Origin: a virus
Taxonomy: Duplodnaviria > Heunggongvirae > Uroviricota > Caudoviricetes
IMG/VR virus record: IMGVR_UViG_3300021426_000007
Location: 1-64,000 of that record
Strand: one strand, 5' to 3'
Length of the DNA: 64,000 bases
Shown: piece after piece, positions 44,431-56,700 of the stretch
How positions within the stretch are numbered: the stretch's first letter is position 1
Layout: each line of letters starts with the position of its first letter
Notes under the pieces: generated by a model
The model's database searches: none
Told to the model about the DNA's origin: nothing
Seen by the model: the letters and a program-made list of their open reading frames with translations, nothing else
Position numbers and translations under genes: made by a program

Positions 44431-45924
44431 ATGATCTACAATGACATGAAGAGGTATGTCGGAGCTGTTACCGGGACTGTTATCGTAACGATCACTGGTA
44501 AGAACGCGACATACACCTATGACGGAAGCTCGCACAGTGCGACTTCCTATACAGTGAGTATAAGTAACAGCGATTACAAGACTTCTGACTTCACGTTCTC
44601 CGGGTCCGCCTCTGTCTCAAGAACAGCGGCTGGAACATCATACATGGGTCTGTCAGCATCGCAGTTTACGAACACAAATGCAAAGTTTAAGGACGTCAGA
44701 TTCGTAGTAACAGACGGATATATCACAATTAATAAGAAGGCTGTTACGGTTACCATCAAAGGCAACAACGCTTCCTATACGTACAGCGGTGGTTCCAGAA
44801 GCCTCTCCGGATATACGGCCACATCCGACAGCTCTTTGTATACGGCCTCAGATTATACGGTGGGTGGTACGTCCTCTGTATCCGGTACGAATGCCGGTAC
44901 GTATAAGCAGGCACTTACTGCTACGAATAAGAACAGCAACTTCAATGTTACGTTCAATATTACCCAGGGCGTACTTACGATTAACAAGCTGGCGGTAACG
45001 GTATCGATTGCTGGTAGCGGAACGTCTACCTACACTTACGATGGGGCGGCGCATACGATCCAGTCCTATACGTTCTCCAGTAATAATAATCTGTACACGG
45101 CATCACTTTGTACGATATCTAAGGTATCCAGGACAGTGGTTGGTACTACTGCTAATGCAATCACAGCGGTCAATAACAGCGGCAACTTCACGGTTACGTT
45201 CAATATTACGAACGCCACGTTGACGATTAATAAGGCTGCTGCTAGTGCCTTGGGATTAAGCGTAACGAGTTATACCGGAGAAGCAGATGGATCAGCCCAC
45301 ACGATTACGGCTACAGTATCTGTTACTTCCGGGACTACGATTCAGTACAGTACTGACAACAGTACTTGGTCCACGACGAAACCGACTCGAACAGCTATTG
45401 GTACTACTACAGTATATGTCAGAGCGGTGAACAGTAACTATGAAACGGCTACTGCTACGGCGACGATTACGATAAGCACTGCTAAATTCTATTTCTTTAA
45501 ACGAGGCTCTGGAATCATGCTACCTGGGGTTAATTCGACTAATCTTGTGGTGTCGAACGAAGGTGCTGTTCTCCCGGTTGGGCAGAAATCCGGCGCTTTA
45601 TACAGTACTACATCTTACACGATTCCAGAAAAAGTGTACTCTAAAATGGTCGTTGAATATGAGTATGTTAATCCGTCAACCGGAACGTATCGTTGCCTTG
45701 AAGTAAGTGGTAGACTTGATAATTCTAGTGGATATTACTTTGCGGGTGGGAGCGTAGACTTACTTGACCCTGCTCCTACCGTAGTATCTGCGACTCTTGA
45801 AGGTCCCGTCGACTATCCTTCTAGTGGTAGACAGGCCTGTGCGAGTGTATACTGGCCGCAGCTTGCGTTAAATCAAACAACTACGGGCATGACAATCACA
45901 ATCAGAAACTGGTGGTTAGAATGA
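44431..45924 (+). CDS. tail/virion protein with three or four MBG-like repeats
   Basis: ~95-aa tandem repeats each with ...YTYDG...H... (KNATYTYDGSSHSAT, NNASYTYSGGSRSLS, TSTYTYDGAAHTIQ, EADGSAHTITA). Confidence 0.55.
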   Translation: MIYNDMKRYVGAVTGTVIVTITGKNATYTYDGSSHSATSYTVSISNSDYKTSDFTFSGSASVSRTAAGTSYMGLSASQFTNTNAKFKDVRFVVTDGYITINKKAVTVTIKGNNASYTYSGGSRSLSGYTATSDSSLYTASDYTVGGTSSVSGTNAGTYKQALTATNKNSNFNVTFNITQGVLTINKLAVTVSIAGSGTSTYTYDGAAHTIQSYTFSSNNNLYTASLCTISKVSRTVVGTTANAITAVNNSGNFTVTFNITNATLTINKAAASALGLSVTSYTGEADGSAHTITATVSVTSGTTIQYSTDNSTWSTTKPTRTAIGTTTVYVRAVNSNYETATATATITISTAKFYFFKRGSGIMLPGVNSTNLVVSNEGAVLPVGQKSGALYSTTSYTIPEKVYSKMVVEYEYVNPSTGTYRCLEVSGRLDNSSGYYFAGGSVDLLDPAPTVVSATLEGPVDYPSSGRQACASVYWPQLALNQTTTGMTITIRNWWLE

Positions 45925-47027
45925 GTATTATAATTAACGGCCCAGCCGAAACTTTAACATGTAAGTACTGCGGGAGAGACTATCTCTCCCGTGGTAAAAA
46001 AGATCCCGGCTACTGTAAGGAATGCGAAGCCAAGATGAAAGGCGATACGGCCACGATCTCCGGTGGTGACGATGGATTTGATAAGGTAGAGAACTATGTG
46101 CAGATGGCTATCAATATTGCAAATAACAATCAGCACGGCTACTCTCAGGCGAATCGTGATGGGTATCCGGACTATGACTGTTCCTCTCTGGTTTGCAATG
46201 TGGTCCAGCGTTCCGGTATCCCGGTGATGGATAACGGCGCTTCCTATACCGGTAACATGAGAGCTGCGTTCATCAAATCCGGATTCCTTCCTGTCTCCGT
46301 CAACCTCGCCAATTGCGCAGGAATGGAGCGAGGAGACATTCTGCTGAACGATCAGTCTCATACTGCTATTTATATAGGTAATGGTCAAATCGTTCAGGCG
46401 GGCGGGTCTGACGGCCATCCTGAGCCCGGTGATCAGACCGGCCGAGAGATTCAGGTCATGCGGTATTATAACTTCCCTTGGTCTGTTGTTCTTAGGTATC
46501 CGCATAACGCTAAGACTACAGATGGCGCGGATGTCCAGCCTGATCTTCTACCTTATGAAGATCCTACACATCAGAACCACGATGACTATCCTTATATTAT
46601 GAGGTATGGTGACTGGGGTGAGGAAGTACTGGACATCCAGAAGAAACTCAAAACTCTTGGGTACTACAAGCAGGATCTCGATGGTAAGTTTGGAGACCAG
46701 ACATTGGCAGCTGTGATGAAGTTCCAGGAGAAGAACAGACTGGTCATGGACGGTGAGGTTGGTCCTTTAACTCTAGCCGCTCTTAATGAACGGTATGAGG
46801 AAGTAGGGGATAAATCAGTCGGAGTCCTTGAGCTCGGCCAGGTTGTTCGCTTCCTTGGTGGAAAGGCGCGGATATCTGCCAATACGGATCTAGGTCCGAA
46901 GTTCGAACCTGGGGAAGGTAAGATCACGGCGGTGCGCCTAGGGTCTAAGTTTCCATACCATCTTGCTCCGGTAGGAGATAGCAACGTGTACGGATGGGTG
47001 TCATCCGATCAGATCAAAGGAGATTAA
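45912..47027 (+). CDS. endolysin: NlpC/P60-type peptidase + PG_binding_1 domain
   Basis: Catalytic Cys in YPDYDCSSLVCN with downstream SHTAIYIGNG His; peptidoglycan-binding repeat WGEEVLDIQKKLKTLGYYKQDLDGKFGDQTLAAVMKFQ. Confidence 0.8.
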   Translation: MVRMSIIINGPAETLTCKYCGRDYLSRGKKDPGYCKECEAKMKGDTATISGGDDGFDKVENYVQMAINIANNNQHGYSQANRDGYPDYDCSSLVCNVVQRSGIPVMDNGASYTGNMRAAFIKSGFLPVSVNLANCAGMERGDILLNDQSHTAIYIGNGQIVQAGGSDGHPEPGDQTGREIQVMRYYNFPWSVVLRYPHNAKTTDGADVQPDLLPYEDPTHQNHDDYPYIMRYGDWGEEVLDIQKKLKTLGYYKQDLDGKFGDQTLAAVMKFQEKNRLVMDGEVGPLTLAALNERYEEVGDKSVGVLELGQVVRFLGGKARISANTDLGPKFEPGEGKITAVRLGSKFPYHLAPVGDSNVYGWVSSDQIKGD

Positions 47028-47031
47028 AATA

Positions 47032-47205
47032 ATGTTTACCAGCATTTGTTTTGGAATTGCAATAGTGCTTCTCGCTATCAGTTCTTATTTCAATTTCGTG
47101 AAGATAAAAGAAACAAAGGGAATCGTCGACGCCCACTGGGCAGCCATTCAGCACGAGTGTAATGCAATCTGGGGGCAGCTCCATGACAGAGACGACGGAG
47201 AATAA
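47032..47205 (+). CDS. small membrane protein (57 aa; holin/antiholin candidate), not in ORF track
   Basis: AAAGGAGAT RBS; MFTSICFGIAIVLLAISSYFNFVK... one TM helix. Confidence 0.35.
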   Translation: MFTSICFGIAIVLLAISSYFNFVKIKETKGIVDAHWAAIQHECNAIWGQLHDRDDGE

Positions 47206-47356
47206 TCTGCCTAAGTGCAGAAAATGCGGACAGCCAGTACCGGCAGGGAAGGATCTCTGCTGGTGCTGTGAGCATGAGCCGAAGCTAGGGCTCAATAAAA
47301 AGGATCACACCTGCGGGGTTGACAGTTGTGAGATAGATTTTACTCAGAAAGGGTGA
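47162..47356 (+). CDS. small zinc-ribbon protein
   Basis: CRKCGQPVPAGKDLCWCC. Confidence 0.35.
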   Translation: MQSGGSSMTETTENNLPKCRKCGQPVPAGKDLCWCCEHEPKLGLNKKDHTCGVDSCEIDFTQKG

Positions 47357-47362
47357 TCAATC

Positions 47363-47791
47363 ATGGCAAATCTGATCGCCTTCATCCAAGTGTTGGCTCC
47401 GATCCTTGTGGCTCTGGTTGGAATTATTCCTACGATTATATCCAACAGAAAGAAGACCGAGGCCAGTCTCGCTGCGCTTGGGGAAAAGGTGGACGGTCTG
47501 GACAAGAAGCTGGACAAGCACATCAAGGAAAACGAGTTTGACAACGCGAAGCAGGTACGAATCCGAATACTGAGATTCTACGATGAATTGTGTCGGGCGA
47601 TGTCTAATGGGGAGATCCCATGCTCAGAGAGTCATTTCGAAGACATCCTAGACGACATCAGCTACTATAAACATTTCGTGAAAGTGAATCCCGATTTTGA
47701 AAACAATCGCGGAGAACTGGCAATGGAGTATATCGAAAAGACATATCACGAACTGAAGACAACCGGTGGATTCCTGGTGCATGCGACATGA
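47363..47791 (+). CDS. TM + coiled-coil protein (142 aa)
   Basis: N-terminal TM helix (LIAFIQVLAPILVALVGIIPTII) then charged helix. Confidence 0.4.
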   Translation: MANLIAFIQVLAPILVALVGIIPTIISNRKKTEASLAALGEKVDGLDKKLDKHIKENEFDNAKQVRIRILRFYDELCRAMSNGEIPCSESHFEDILDDISYYKHFVKVNPDFENNRGELAMEYIEKTYHELKTTGGFLVHAT

Positions 47792-47885
47792 TGGAAAACA
47801 CACTGGCTTTTATTGTCTTCGCTCTGTTTATCACTTATGCCTGTATCGTCAGTAACGAAGACCATCACAGGAAACCGTAAGGAGG

Positions 47886-48197
47886 ATGATACATATGGAC
47901 GCAGAAACCAAAAAGAATCTTGTAAGAAAACTTACCTCCCGTAAATTCTGGGCGGCAGTAGTATCCTTCGTCACCTGCATCGGCGTATTCCTCGGCGGGT
48001 CTTCCGCCACGCTGGAACGGGTGGCGTCTCTCATCATGGCCGGTGGTACGATCATCGCCTATATCATCGGTGAGGGTCTCGCTGACAGCTCCCCGAAAGA
48101 ATACAACTACTACTACCAAGGCAACGGAGAGGTGCAGTATGGGGATTATGAGACTTATGAGCCTTATAAGACTGATTCAAATTACACAATACAGTAA
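47886..48197 (+). CDS. holin (two TM helices)
   Basis: FWAAVVSFVTCIGVFLGG...LIMAGGTIIAYIIGEGL; next to the endolysin. Confidence 0.55.
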   Translation: MIHMDAETKKNLVRKLTSRKFWAAVVSFVTCIGVFLGGSSATLERVASLIMAGGTIIAYIIGEGLADSSPKEYNYYYQGNGEVQYGDYETYEPYKTDSNYTIQ

Positions 48198-48268
48198 TAC
48201 ACTAGATAGGGGATTGACTTCGGGGAATGAGTCATCCCCTTTATTCGTATATAAGGAGATGATGTGAT

Positions 48269-50707
48269 ATGGCGAATATACCAGTCAATGCCCCTGACTC
48301 TGCCAAGATTGCAATGACAAAGGGAGTAGGCTCGGTTGGCGGATCGCTTAATATGGTATCTGGTTCTAATTCTGGAGGTAGTGTTAGCCCGCTAGTGCAG
48401 AACTATACAAGCTATTTAACCAGTAAGCCTTTTGACAATCAGAAGAATTATACTTCTAAGCCTGTTACTATGGCAACGACAGCTACGGGTATTAACTATG
48501 GTACACCGATTGGGCCGGTTAAGCCGAGTACTACTACGAGTTCTTCGGGGCAGACAAGTGGTACTACGAAGCCTGCGAGTAGCTCTGGCAGTGGGGTAGA
48601 TTACAATAAACTAAGGCAGCAATTAGTCGATTCGGGAATAACGGATAATAAATCCTTGAATGCTGCCCTCGCACAACAGGGTCTTGCCCCTGTAAATGAT
48701 ACAACAAAAGCGACGCCGCTTCCAAGCGGTAGCCTAGCAGGGACGGTATCAAACCCTGTATATAACTTACTAAAAGGATATGGCGCTGGTGTTCAGGCAG
48801 CGGGTCCGGGCAAGGCGTCGCTTATCGGCCCTACTGGAGAAGTACGTGCGGTGGACGCGAACGGTAACGTCGTTGGCCCCGGCAATACTGTGAATATGAC
48901 GCCCCCAGGTCAGACTCCTCAAGGTCAGACTCCTCAAGGTGAAACTCCTAATGATGGCTCCGGTGGGGGCGGTTCTGGTGGAGGAGGCGGGGGAGGATAC
49001 TCTGCCGCTGCCTTACTAGGTCAGCTCGGCGCAGGCACCGGACTAACCCCGTTAGGAACCGGTACGGGTACAGGAACTCCATATGTCCCTATTAGCACAT
49101 CAGCCGTTAATTCCGCTGATGCGGCAGCGGCTTACGCTCAGTTACTGAAGCAGTCCGGGTATGATCTGAACCAACCGCTTTCTAATATTGCTCTTCCAAA
49201 CAGAGTTGATCTTCCGAAGGAGGTTGCCTTACCAGAAGGGTTTAATTTCCAGGATGCATGGGATCGTGCAGCTGATGTGGATATCGGGCGTGTGGATCGT
49301 GTTACTACCCATCCGGAAGAGGAGATGCTCGGACAGATCCGTGATCTCCAGAGTCAGCAGGCTATTTTGTCTGCGGACAATACTGTTAACAACGGCATCG
49401 CTGAACTCCAGAGAGTAATGCAGGACGCTCAGAAGCAGTATCAGGACCAGAGAAATCAGATTGCAATGGACGAGCAGAGAGCTCTGGATAATCAGGCTCT
49501 TTACAGTGAGGCTCGTGGTGACCGTGGTGGTATAGGACAGGCTCAGTACAATACAATTCAGAATACCGCTGCTACAAATAGAATGACTGTTCAGCAGGAA
49601 CAGACTCAGCTGGCTACGGATACGGCAAGGCAGATTGCGGATCTCCGTTCTCAGGGCGAGTTTGAGAAAGCCAATCAACTTCTTAACATCTCTCAGAAGT
49701 ATCTGTCTGAACTTATGGATCTTTACCAGTGGGCAAAAGAGACGAACGTCAGTATTGATGAGTTCAATCTCCAGGTTGCTCAGTGGGAAGAGAACTTCAA
49801 GCTCAGTCTGGTTGGTGCAGAGCTGGATGCTGATGCGTTCAATCTGAATGTGGCCAATGCCATGATCGACCAGCAGAATAATCTGTTCAATGCGAGATTC
49901 AACCAGGAGAACAGCCTGTTCGATGCAAGACTCAATGCGGCGAAACTCCAGAATGATGAAGCGGCTGCTCGGCTCAATGCCCAGCTTAACGCAGCTAATG
50001 CTGTTGGTGCATTCGCTAACGGTACACCGACATATGCAGCACAACAAGACGCTATTGCCAACCAGCTTAAAGAGAGACAGCTTCTGGCGGACGTCGGTAC
50101 CACACTTATTAAGGAAGGTATTCAGCCCTCGGCTGCGCTCCTTAACGCAATGGGTATGGGCGGTATGGCGGCATCTGCGGATACTACCGGTACGCTTAAT
50201 AATGTTCTATCCCAGCTCGGATATTCCGACGCCTCTTCTGCTCTAAGAGCAATGGGTGTTGGTAATGCCGGTTTTGCTGGACTCTCGGCAGCGGGGATTA
50301 CTCCGGAGCAGTATCTCGCAGAAGCGTTCGGGGTTCCGACTTCCGGACTTCCTACGCTGAATACGGGTCTTGCCGCATCTGGCGGTGATGCGATGCTGTC
50401 TCAGCTTAACGGCTCGTATCAGGAACCGAGTATTCTTGACCAGTTGGGGCTGACGAATTCCGCCAGTGAGGTAGCGGCATATAGCCAGCCGACGGTACAG
50501 CAGCAAAGCCCCGGATTACTTGATCAGCTTGGTTTGTCTGAATACAGTCAGCAGCCAACATATACAGATGCTAATGTCTATGCCGCATTCGGAGCCGATC
50601 CTGAGACTGTTCTTCGGTCCATGGGTGTAGGCGCAGATGGTATGGCCGGTCTTGCATATCTTGGATTATCCCCAGCACAATTTATAGGACAGGCATTTGG
50701 TTTATAA
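48269..50707 (+). CDS. large Gly-rich/coiled-coil virion protein (812 aa; ejection or tape-measure-like)
   Basis: GQTPQGQTPQGETP, GGGGSGGGGGGG linker, long Q/N/A-rich coiled coil, three C-terminal LRxMGVGxxGxAGL...P.Q...AFG repeats. Confidence 0.55.
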   Translation: MANIPVNAPDSAKIAMTKGVGSVGGSLNMVSGSNSGGSVSPLVQNYTSYLTSKPFDNQKNYTSKPVTMATTATGINYGTPIGPVKPSTTTSSSGQTSGTTKPASSSGSGVDYNKLRQQLVDSGITDNKSLNAALAQQGLAPVNDTTKATPLPSGSLAGTVSNPVYNLLKGYGAGVQAAGPGKASLIGPTGEVRAVDANGNVVGPGNTVNMTPPGQTPQGQTPQGETPNDGSGGGGSGGGGGGGYSAAALLGQLGAGTGLTPLGTGTGTGTPYVPISTSAVNSADAAAAYAQLLKQSGYDLNQPLSNIALPNRVDLPKEVALPEGFNFQDAWDRAADVDIGRVDRVTTHPEEEMLGQIRDLQSQQAILSADNTVNNGIAELQRVMQDAQKQYQDQRNQIAMDEQRALDNQALYSEARGDRGGIGQAQYNTIQNTAATNRMTVQQEQTQLATDTARQIADLRSQGEFEKANQLLNISQKYLSELMDLYQWAKETNVSIDEFNLQVAQWEENFKLSLVGAELDADAFNLNVANAMIDQQNNLFNARFNQENSLFDARLNAAKLQNDEAAARLNAQLNAANAVGAFANGTPTYAAQQDAIANQLKERQLLADVGTTLIKEGIQPSAALLNAMGMGGMAASADTTGTLNNVLSQLGYSDASSALRAMGVGNAGFAGLSAAGITPEQYLAEAFGVPTSGLPTLNTGLAASGGDAMLSQLNGSYQEPSILDQLGLTNSASEVAAYSQPTVQQQSPGLLDQLGLSEYSQQPTYTDANVYAAFGADPETVLRSMGVGADGMAGLAYLGLSPAQFIGQAFGL

Positions 50708-50722
50708 AGGAGAGAATAGCTT

Positions 50723-53700
50723 ATGGCTAATACAAAAAAGCCCGATGAAAATCAGGTAACACAGACTGATCTTGCGTCAATTCTTGCACCTCCTTCTTGG
50801 TCGCAAGCCGCAGAGACGTGGACTCCGAAAACAAATGAAGAGATAAAGACAATTGTTTCTGAGGCCGAGCAAAAAGGCCAGATAGCAAGAAACGATTCCG
50901 GCGCATTTGAGGCTACGCCTAAGCTGCAAGAAGAGGCTGATATAATTAGGGAGAGAAATAGAGAAAATGACATTTCTTCTATTCTAGCCTCTGCTCCAAC
51001 ACCGAAAGACACTTTGTCGATTGCTAAAGCGTATCAGGACTCTGGTCGTGATATAAATACGGCTAAAGAAGAACTGAAGAGTGTGACTCAAAAGGCCGAG
51101 GAGAGAGCCTCTAACACTTCTGATATCAAACGCCAGAACAAAACTTTCGAACGAGATAAGACTGCCTGGAGAGATACGGAAGGAACTACGGGTTCCAAGC
51201 GTAATGAAGTAAATAAAGACGACGGCTCTTACCACTGGGAGGGGCACGTGGACGAGGATGGTAACTGGGTCTCTGGTCTGGCTGAGTGGGCCCAAGATAA
51301 CGAGGGAAGAATCTTTTCCGAAATTGACGCTTATGATACGAATGACGGAAAAACATTCCTTACAGAAGAGGAGATCCAGGCGCATCAGCAAGAAACGGCT
51401 AACCTTTATTATGACTGTGGGGAGCTGGCGGAATATACCCAGAAGGTTGTTGATGACTTAAAAGCCAAATACGCAACTGCTTCGGATGCGGATAAGGAAG
51501 CCCTCGATGCAGAGATCAAAAGACACGAGAGCAACATTGAGACGTATAAGGGCTGGCAGAATGCCGCGAAAGAGATATACGACGGATGGAGTTCGAGGAA
51601 TGATTACTTCGATTCCATGGATGACAACAAAAAGAAAAACGTCAATGACCCGGCTCAGTATAAGTCCTATGGCGGCGACACCCCGGAGAATATTCAGAAG
51701 GCCATAGACAACTATGAGTATGCTATTAAACAGCAGCAGGATTATATTGACACGAATGCCGGATATGTGACCGACCCTATGAGCGAGGCTACAATAGGAG
51801 CTGAGATAGATAAGCGAAGAGCAGATATCGTAGAGTATAAGGCTCGTAGGGACGAACTTCTGGATAACCTGGCCCTGGCTGAGGCGCATAAACTTGAACT
51901 CGAACAGCAGAATGCCGATCTTGAACTTAGACGTAAGTACGCACTTATTACCGGACAGGACGAAAGTGGTAAGAACAGCGTAATCCATGCTCCTAAGGCG
52001 GATGATTGGAAGAGTATATCCGTTGAGCTGAATACGCAACTTTCGAATGCCATAAAGGCAGGTAACGAAGCTGAGGTGGCTAGTCTCACTAATGAGCTTC
52101 GTTTTGTAGATCAGCAGTTTGAGGAGTTTACAAAATCTGATCTACAACAAAAGTACATAAGTGTCAGTGACGAAGAGCTCGATAAGGCTATTGCCAAGTT
52201 CACTTCCGCCACGGAAGAAAAGCAGGGCAAGGAAGCCGGAAACCAAGAGAAGGCAAGTACTGTTCCTGTTCGTACGGCGGATGATATTAAAGCGGAGATA
52301 GCAAAGCTTCATCCGGAAAAGGACCGAGACAAGTACACCGCTCTGGTTAATGAGCTTAACAGCCTCGGTAATCCCTCAGATACTGTTACAGAAGTTGCTA
52401 CCACTGAAGAGACTCCTGCTGAGGAGAAAGAGCTTACGGATGCGGAGAAGTGGGAGCTTGATATCCTACTTCAGGAAAAAGAACGCCGTGAGATGGAAAA
52501 GCTTTTCCAGACGGAGTATGTAGCGAAATATGACGATCAAGCGGCTTTGAAGTGGTACGAAGAAGCGACAGCAAAAAAAGACGCTGCACTCAATGATCTG
52601 TACAAAGCCCTTAATTCTGCCAACCCACAGGCCGGTAGAATTAGGGCCGCGAATCTGGAAGGCATTGCGGATGATGCAGCAAAAGAGGCTGCTTATGCAA
52701 GGATTAAGTACGAGGAAAGTCTTCTGTCCAGCCCGAGTATTAATACGGACGTAGCAAAAGGGATGGCGCTTGCCCCTAGCATCGGTGATCTTCAGACCGC
52801 GTTTGGGTCGATAGTTCCGTCCGATAAGGGTGGGGCTCGTAACAGGGGAATTCTAGCAGGGCTTAATATTACCGGGGAAGATGCCGACAGTATTATTTCT
52901 ATGCTGAATTCAATCGGTGTAAGTGCTAAAGACTTTGTACCGAGAGTAGAGGAGACGACAGAGGGAGAAAACCCGACCAGCATATACGCCCGTGGCAAAA
53001 CAGCTAGAAACTGGACGCAGTCAGAGCTTGACATTTATTATTCCTTATGGGCGAAGGAAGGTGCTGCTGCGGCTGCGAAATATGCTTTTGAGGTAAACTC
53101 TGTTATTGGGCGCAATTATCACGACCAGATCCTCAAGACGATGATTGACGTAAAAACATATGACGCTGAGCATCGTACTGGGGAATTTGTGACTGAAGCC
53201 CTGCTTGCACCGTGGGTGACCAATCCTCTTAATATAACCGCACTCGCTGACTTTGCTGCTACAACTAGCCAGGTACGGAGAATAGGGACTGCGATGACGA
53301 GTCCTACTAGCTTCACACCTAGTGAGCTTGGGAATATGCTAACGACGGCGCATTCCACTGCGATTCAGGAAACTGCGACTTACCCGCAGCTTGCGTCTCT
53401 GTTATATAACTCCTATAACTCCGCAGTTGGTAGTGTTGAAAGCGCAGCAATTGGTAACGCTATAGGAAGTGGTCTTTCCGCAGCATTAGGTCTCGGACCG
53501 GACGCTCTTGCAGTTACGCTCGGGTCTAAGACATTCCATCTTAAAGATAACGCTGCTCAAGCTATTGCTAGAAGCTACACACAATTATCATTCTTCGGAA
53601 GTGCAGCCGCTCGGTCCTATGATGATTTCATTAAGCGCGGAGTAGAGCCGGGTAAAGCGTGGGGTGCTGCTCTCGCGGCTGGTATGGCCGAAGCTTTCTT

Positions 53701-56700
53701 TGAAGACTTCTCGTTTGATAAAGTCTACGATGCTATTAAGACCGGCCATATTATCGATACGGCTGGGGCTTTCTGGGGTAACCTCGCCGCAAGCTCCGGT
53801 ATAGAAATGTCTGAAGAAGTCTTCACCGAGATGTCTAACTTTATTACCGAGAATATGATTCTCGATAAGAACAGTTCCTTCTGGGTTGCTGTTAATAACT
53901 ATCACGGCTATGGTGGAATGAGCTATGCGGAAGCACTGAAGCAGGCATTAAAGGACGAGAGTGAAGAGATCGGTATGGCTGCCGCATCCGCCATTATCTC
54001 CTCGATGGGTTCAGTAGGTATTCCTTCTGGTATAAGCTACGTAGAGTTCCAGAAGCAGACAGCGCAACAGGCAAAAACACTTGGCGAACGTATTGTCAAC
54101 GGTACCGAAACAGCTAAGGACCTCGGTAAGAAACTCGGAGAGTTCTATTCTACCTTTACACTCGTAGAGGCAGGACAGGAAAATACTCTTACTAAAGGCC
54201 AGAAGCAGGACCTCGATACACTCCACGGTCTGGCAGAGAAGGCTAAAGAAGGCACCGCTACAGCAGAAGAACTCGGTCAGTTGGCACTTCTTGCAAAGCG
54301 TCTGGATAAAGGTTCTTACTATGCCTTTGTTCGGGATAACAAGGACGCATGGAACTACATCTCCAATGGCGATGCTTCTGCTGCACAGATAGACTACCTC
54401 GCTTCTCTCATTGGTGAAGAGAACGTGAATAAGTTTATCCAGGCCAGCCTGGAGAACCCGGATGCATTTATTGCGGACGATTTCGTTGCCGGACTTCGTG
54501 AGGCTACTGGTGTTACAACCGAGGAAGCCCTGAAGATTGAGAATGCTCTCGGCCTTGTAGTGGCTGGAACAAAGACACGTTCGGAAGCCCAGATCCGTAA
54601 GGCTCTGAATGAAGCTTTCAAGAGCGACGCTGCAAAGACCTACGCTCTGAACTACATCTCGGATAAAGTCCAGCAGTTCAACCAACAGAAGGGAACTAGA
54701 CAATATACTCTTGCCTCTGCAAATTCTGAGTCTGCGATTAGCCCGTGGCTGTATACTGTAAATAGCGAAACCGTTACTTCTGACTTTGAGCAGACAATGG
54801 TTAACGTGTGGTCCGGTGTACAGAGAGCAAACGAGACTCTTAACCTTGCAAACCAGGCACGGGCATTAGAACAGTTCAACGCCAAGAAGAGTGCTACTTC
54901 TGAGAGCGTAATTCGTCAGGCCAGAACACAGACCGACGGTATAGAGAACTTCCGTGACGACTCCGATATGGTTCGACTCAACGGGAAGGAATATATTAGA
55001 AAAGATTTTCTGGAGTCCATCGGAAAGGGCATTAACCCGATAACCGGGGAGTCCTTCAAGAACGGTACACCTACGCAGGATCAGGCAAATATCTACTTTG
55101 ACAATCTTCTGCGCAATGCCCTGACAAACGATGCATTCATTAATATAGTAGATGCGTCAGGTACGATGAAGAACTACGATGCCTGGCAGGAAAGTTTAAA
55201 TACAGGAGATATAGAAAATGGACGAGCAAGCGTACGTGTTAGTGAAAATGCCGGACGGAACGAAACTGCGGGTCAAAGCAGAGTCGGCGGACCAGTGGCT
55301 GGATCTGAAACCGGAGGAGTGGGAACAGCACAACCAGTTCATACAGAAGGATCTGGAGAAGCTGGAGGATCTGCTCAAGAAGTAAAGTTAGCCACCTTCG
55401 ATAAAAACGGCGAGCACGACATTACCATAAAAGGTGAGATAACGCTCGATACCGCTGGTATGACCGAGGAAGAAGTTGAGGCACTTGACAATCTCGACTC
55501 CGGTCTGAAAGTTGCAATTACTCAGGCGATGGCCGCTGGTGTCGATAGGATCATGATTGTTAACGGCAGCATGACGAACTCGAACGGCAGAGTCATTGAC
55601 GGCTTCTTCGGCAATACAAAAGTCGAAGGAAAGAGGAAGTATACGATTGTCGTGTCTTCTACCGGGGATCAAGCAGGTCTTACCAGTACTTTCCGTCACG
55701 AATTAATGCACCGCCTTATCAGCGGAATGAACGCTAAAACGAAGAGAGCTTTTCTCAATACGATTCTGGAGACGGCTTTTGCCGGGCGTTCTGAATTGTA
55801 CGAGACGATCTTCGATATATATGTCAAGTACGCATATGGCCGAGAGTATGGTGCGGCCAATATTAAGGACGGTATTCTTTCCTTAAATAAAGAGATCGTC
55901 GAAGACATCGACGAGGAAATGGTGTGCGATCTCTTTGGTGGTATAATGACCTGGGCTCGTCGGTCTCAGGATTCCGCCATCGGTGAGTTCTACCGTGAAG
56001 CCTACAACAGAATCGAGAGATTGGTTGCAGATACCGGACTGTTCGATTATGTCAGAAGCAACTGGGGTAAATCCGAGCGGAACCAGAAAGGTACGCTCGA
56101 TATCTCCGAATTCAAGGGAACGCAGGCCAACGCATTTGGTAAGAGATGGAACGGACGTAAGGTAGAGATACCGTACTCCCGTACAGAAATTAGTAGGCTT
56201 ATGTCCGAGCTCCGTAAGGACTTCAGACATATGAGTGACGAAGAGTTTGCGAAGTTCGAGCAGCGGGTCAACGGTATGGAGACTCAGCCGGGTACTAGAC
56301 AGAACCAGCTCTATACGGCGGCAGCTATGGAAATAATTGCCGAGCATGAACGCCGTGCAGCTGAATCCCGGACAGAGGAGCCTACGGATACCCAGACCGA
56401 AGAAGAGACTACAGAGGCTGCTGAGGAAACTGCGGAGACTACGGAAGAAACAACTGAGGCTACAGAAGAGACCGAGGAGGTACCGGAGGAGAAACCCGCA
56501 GAACGTCTGGCAAATAACAATATGACCGCCGAGACGGATGAGGACTTTGATGCTATTCGGAATACTCTGATGAAACTGAAGAACAAAGAGTCCTTCTACT
56601 TTAACTATAAGGATCGTCAGTTCGTTATCACTGTAGACGAGTCCACTGACTGGGGCTCGGTATATAAGATCGCTCTGACCAACAACGGCCAGCTGTGGAT

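Noticed and set aside
36864-45924. Diversity-generating retroelement in the fibre region
   Set aside because: There is no reverse-transcriptase gene (no YxDD-type ORF) and no template/variable repeat pair. The only shared fibre sequence is a 15-nt hinge.
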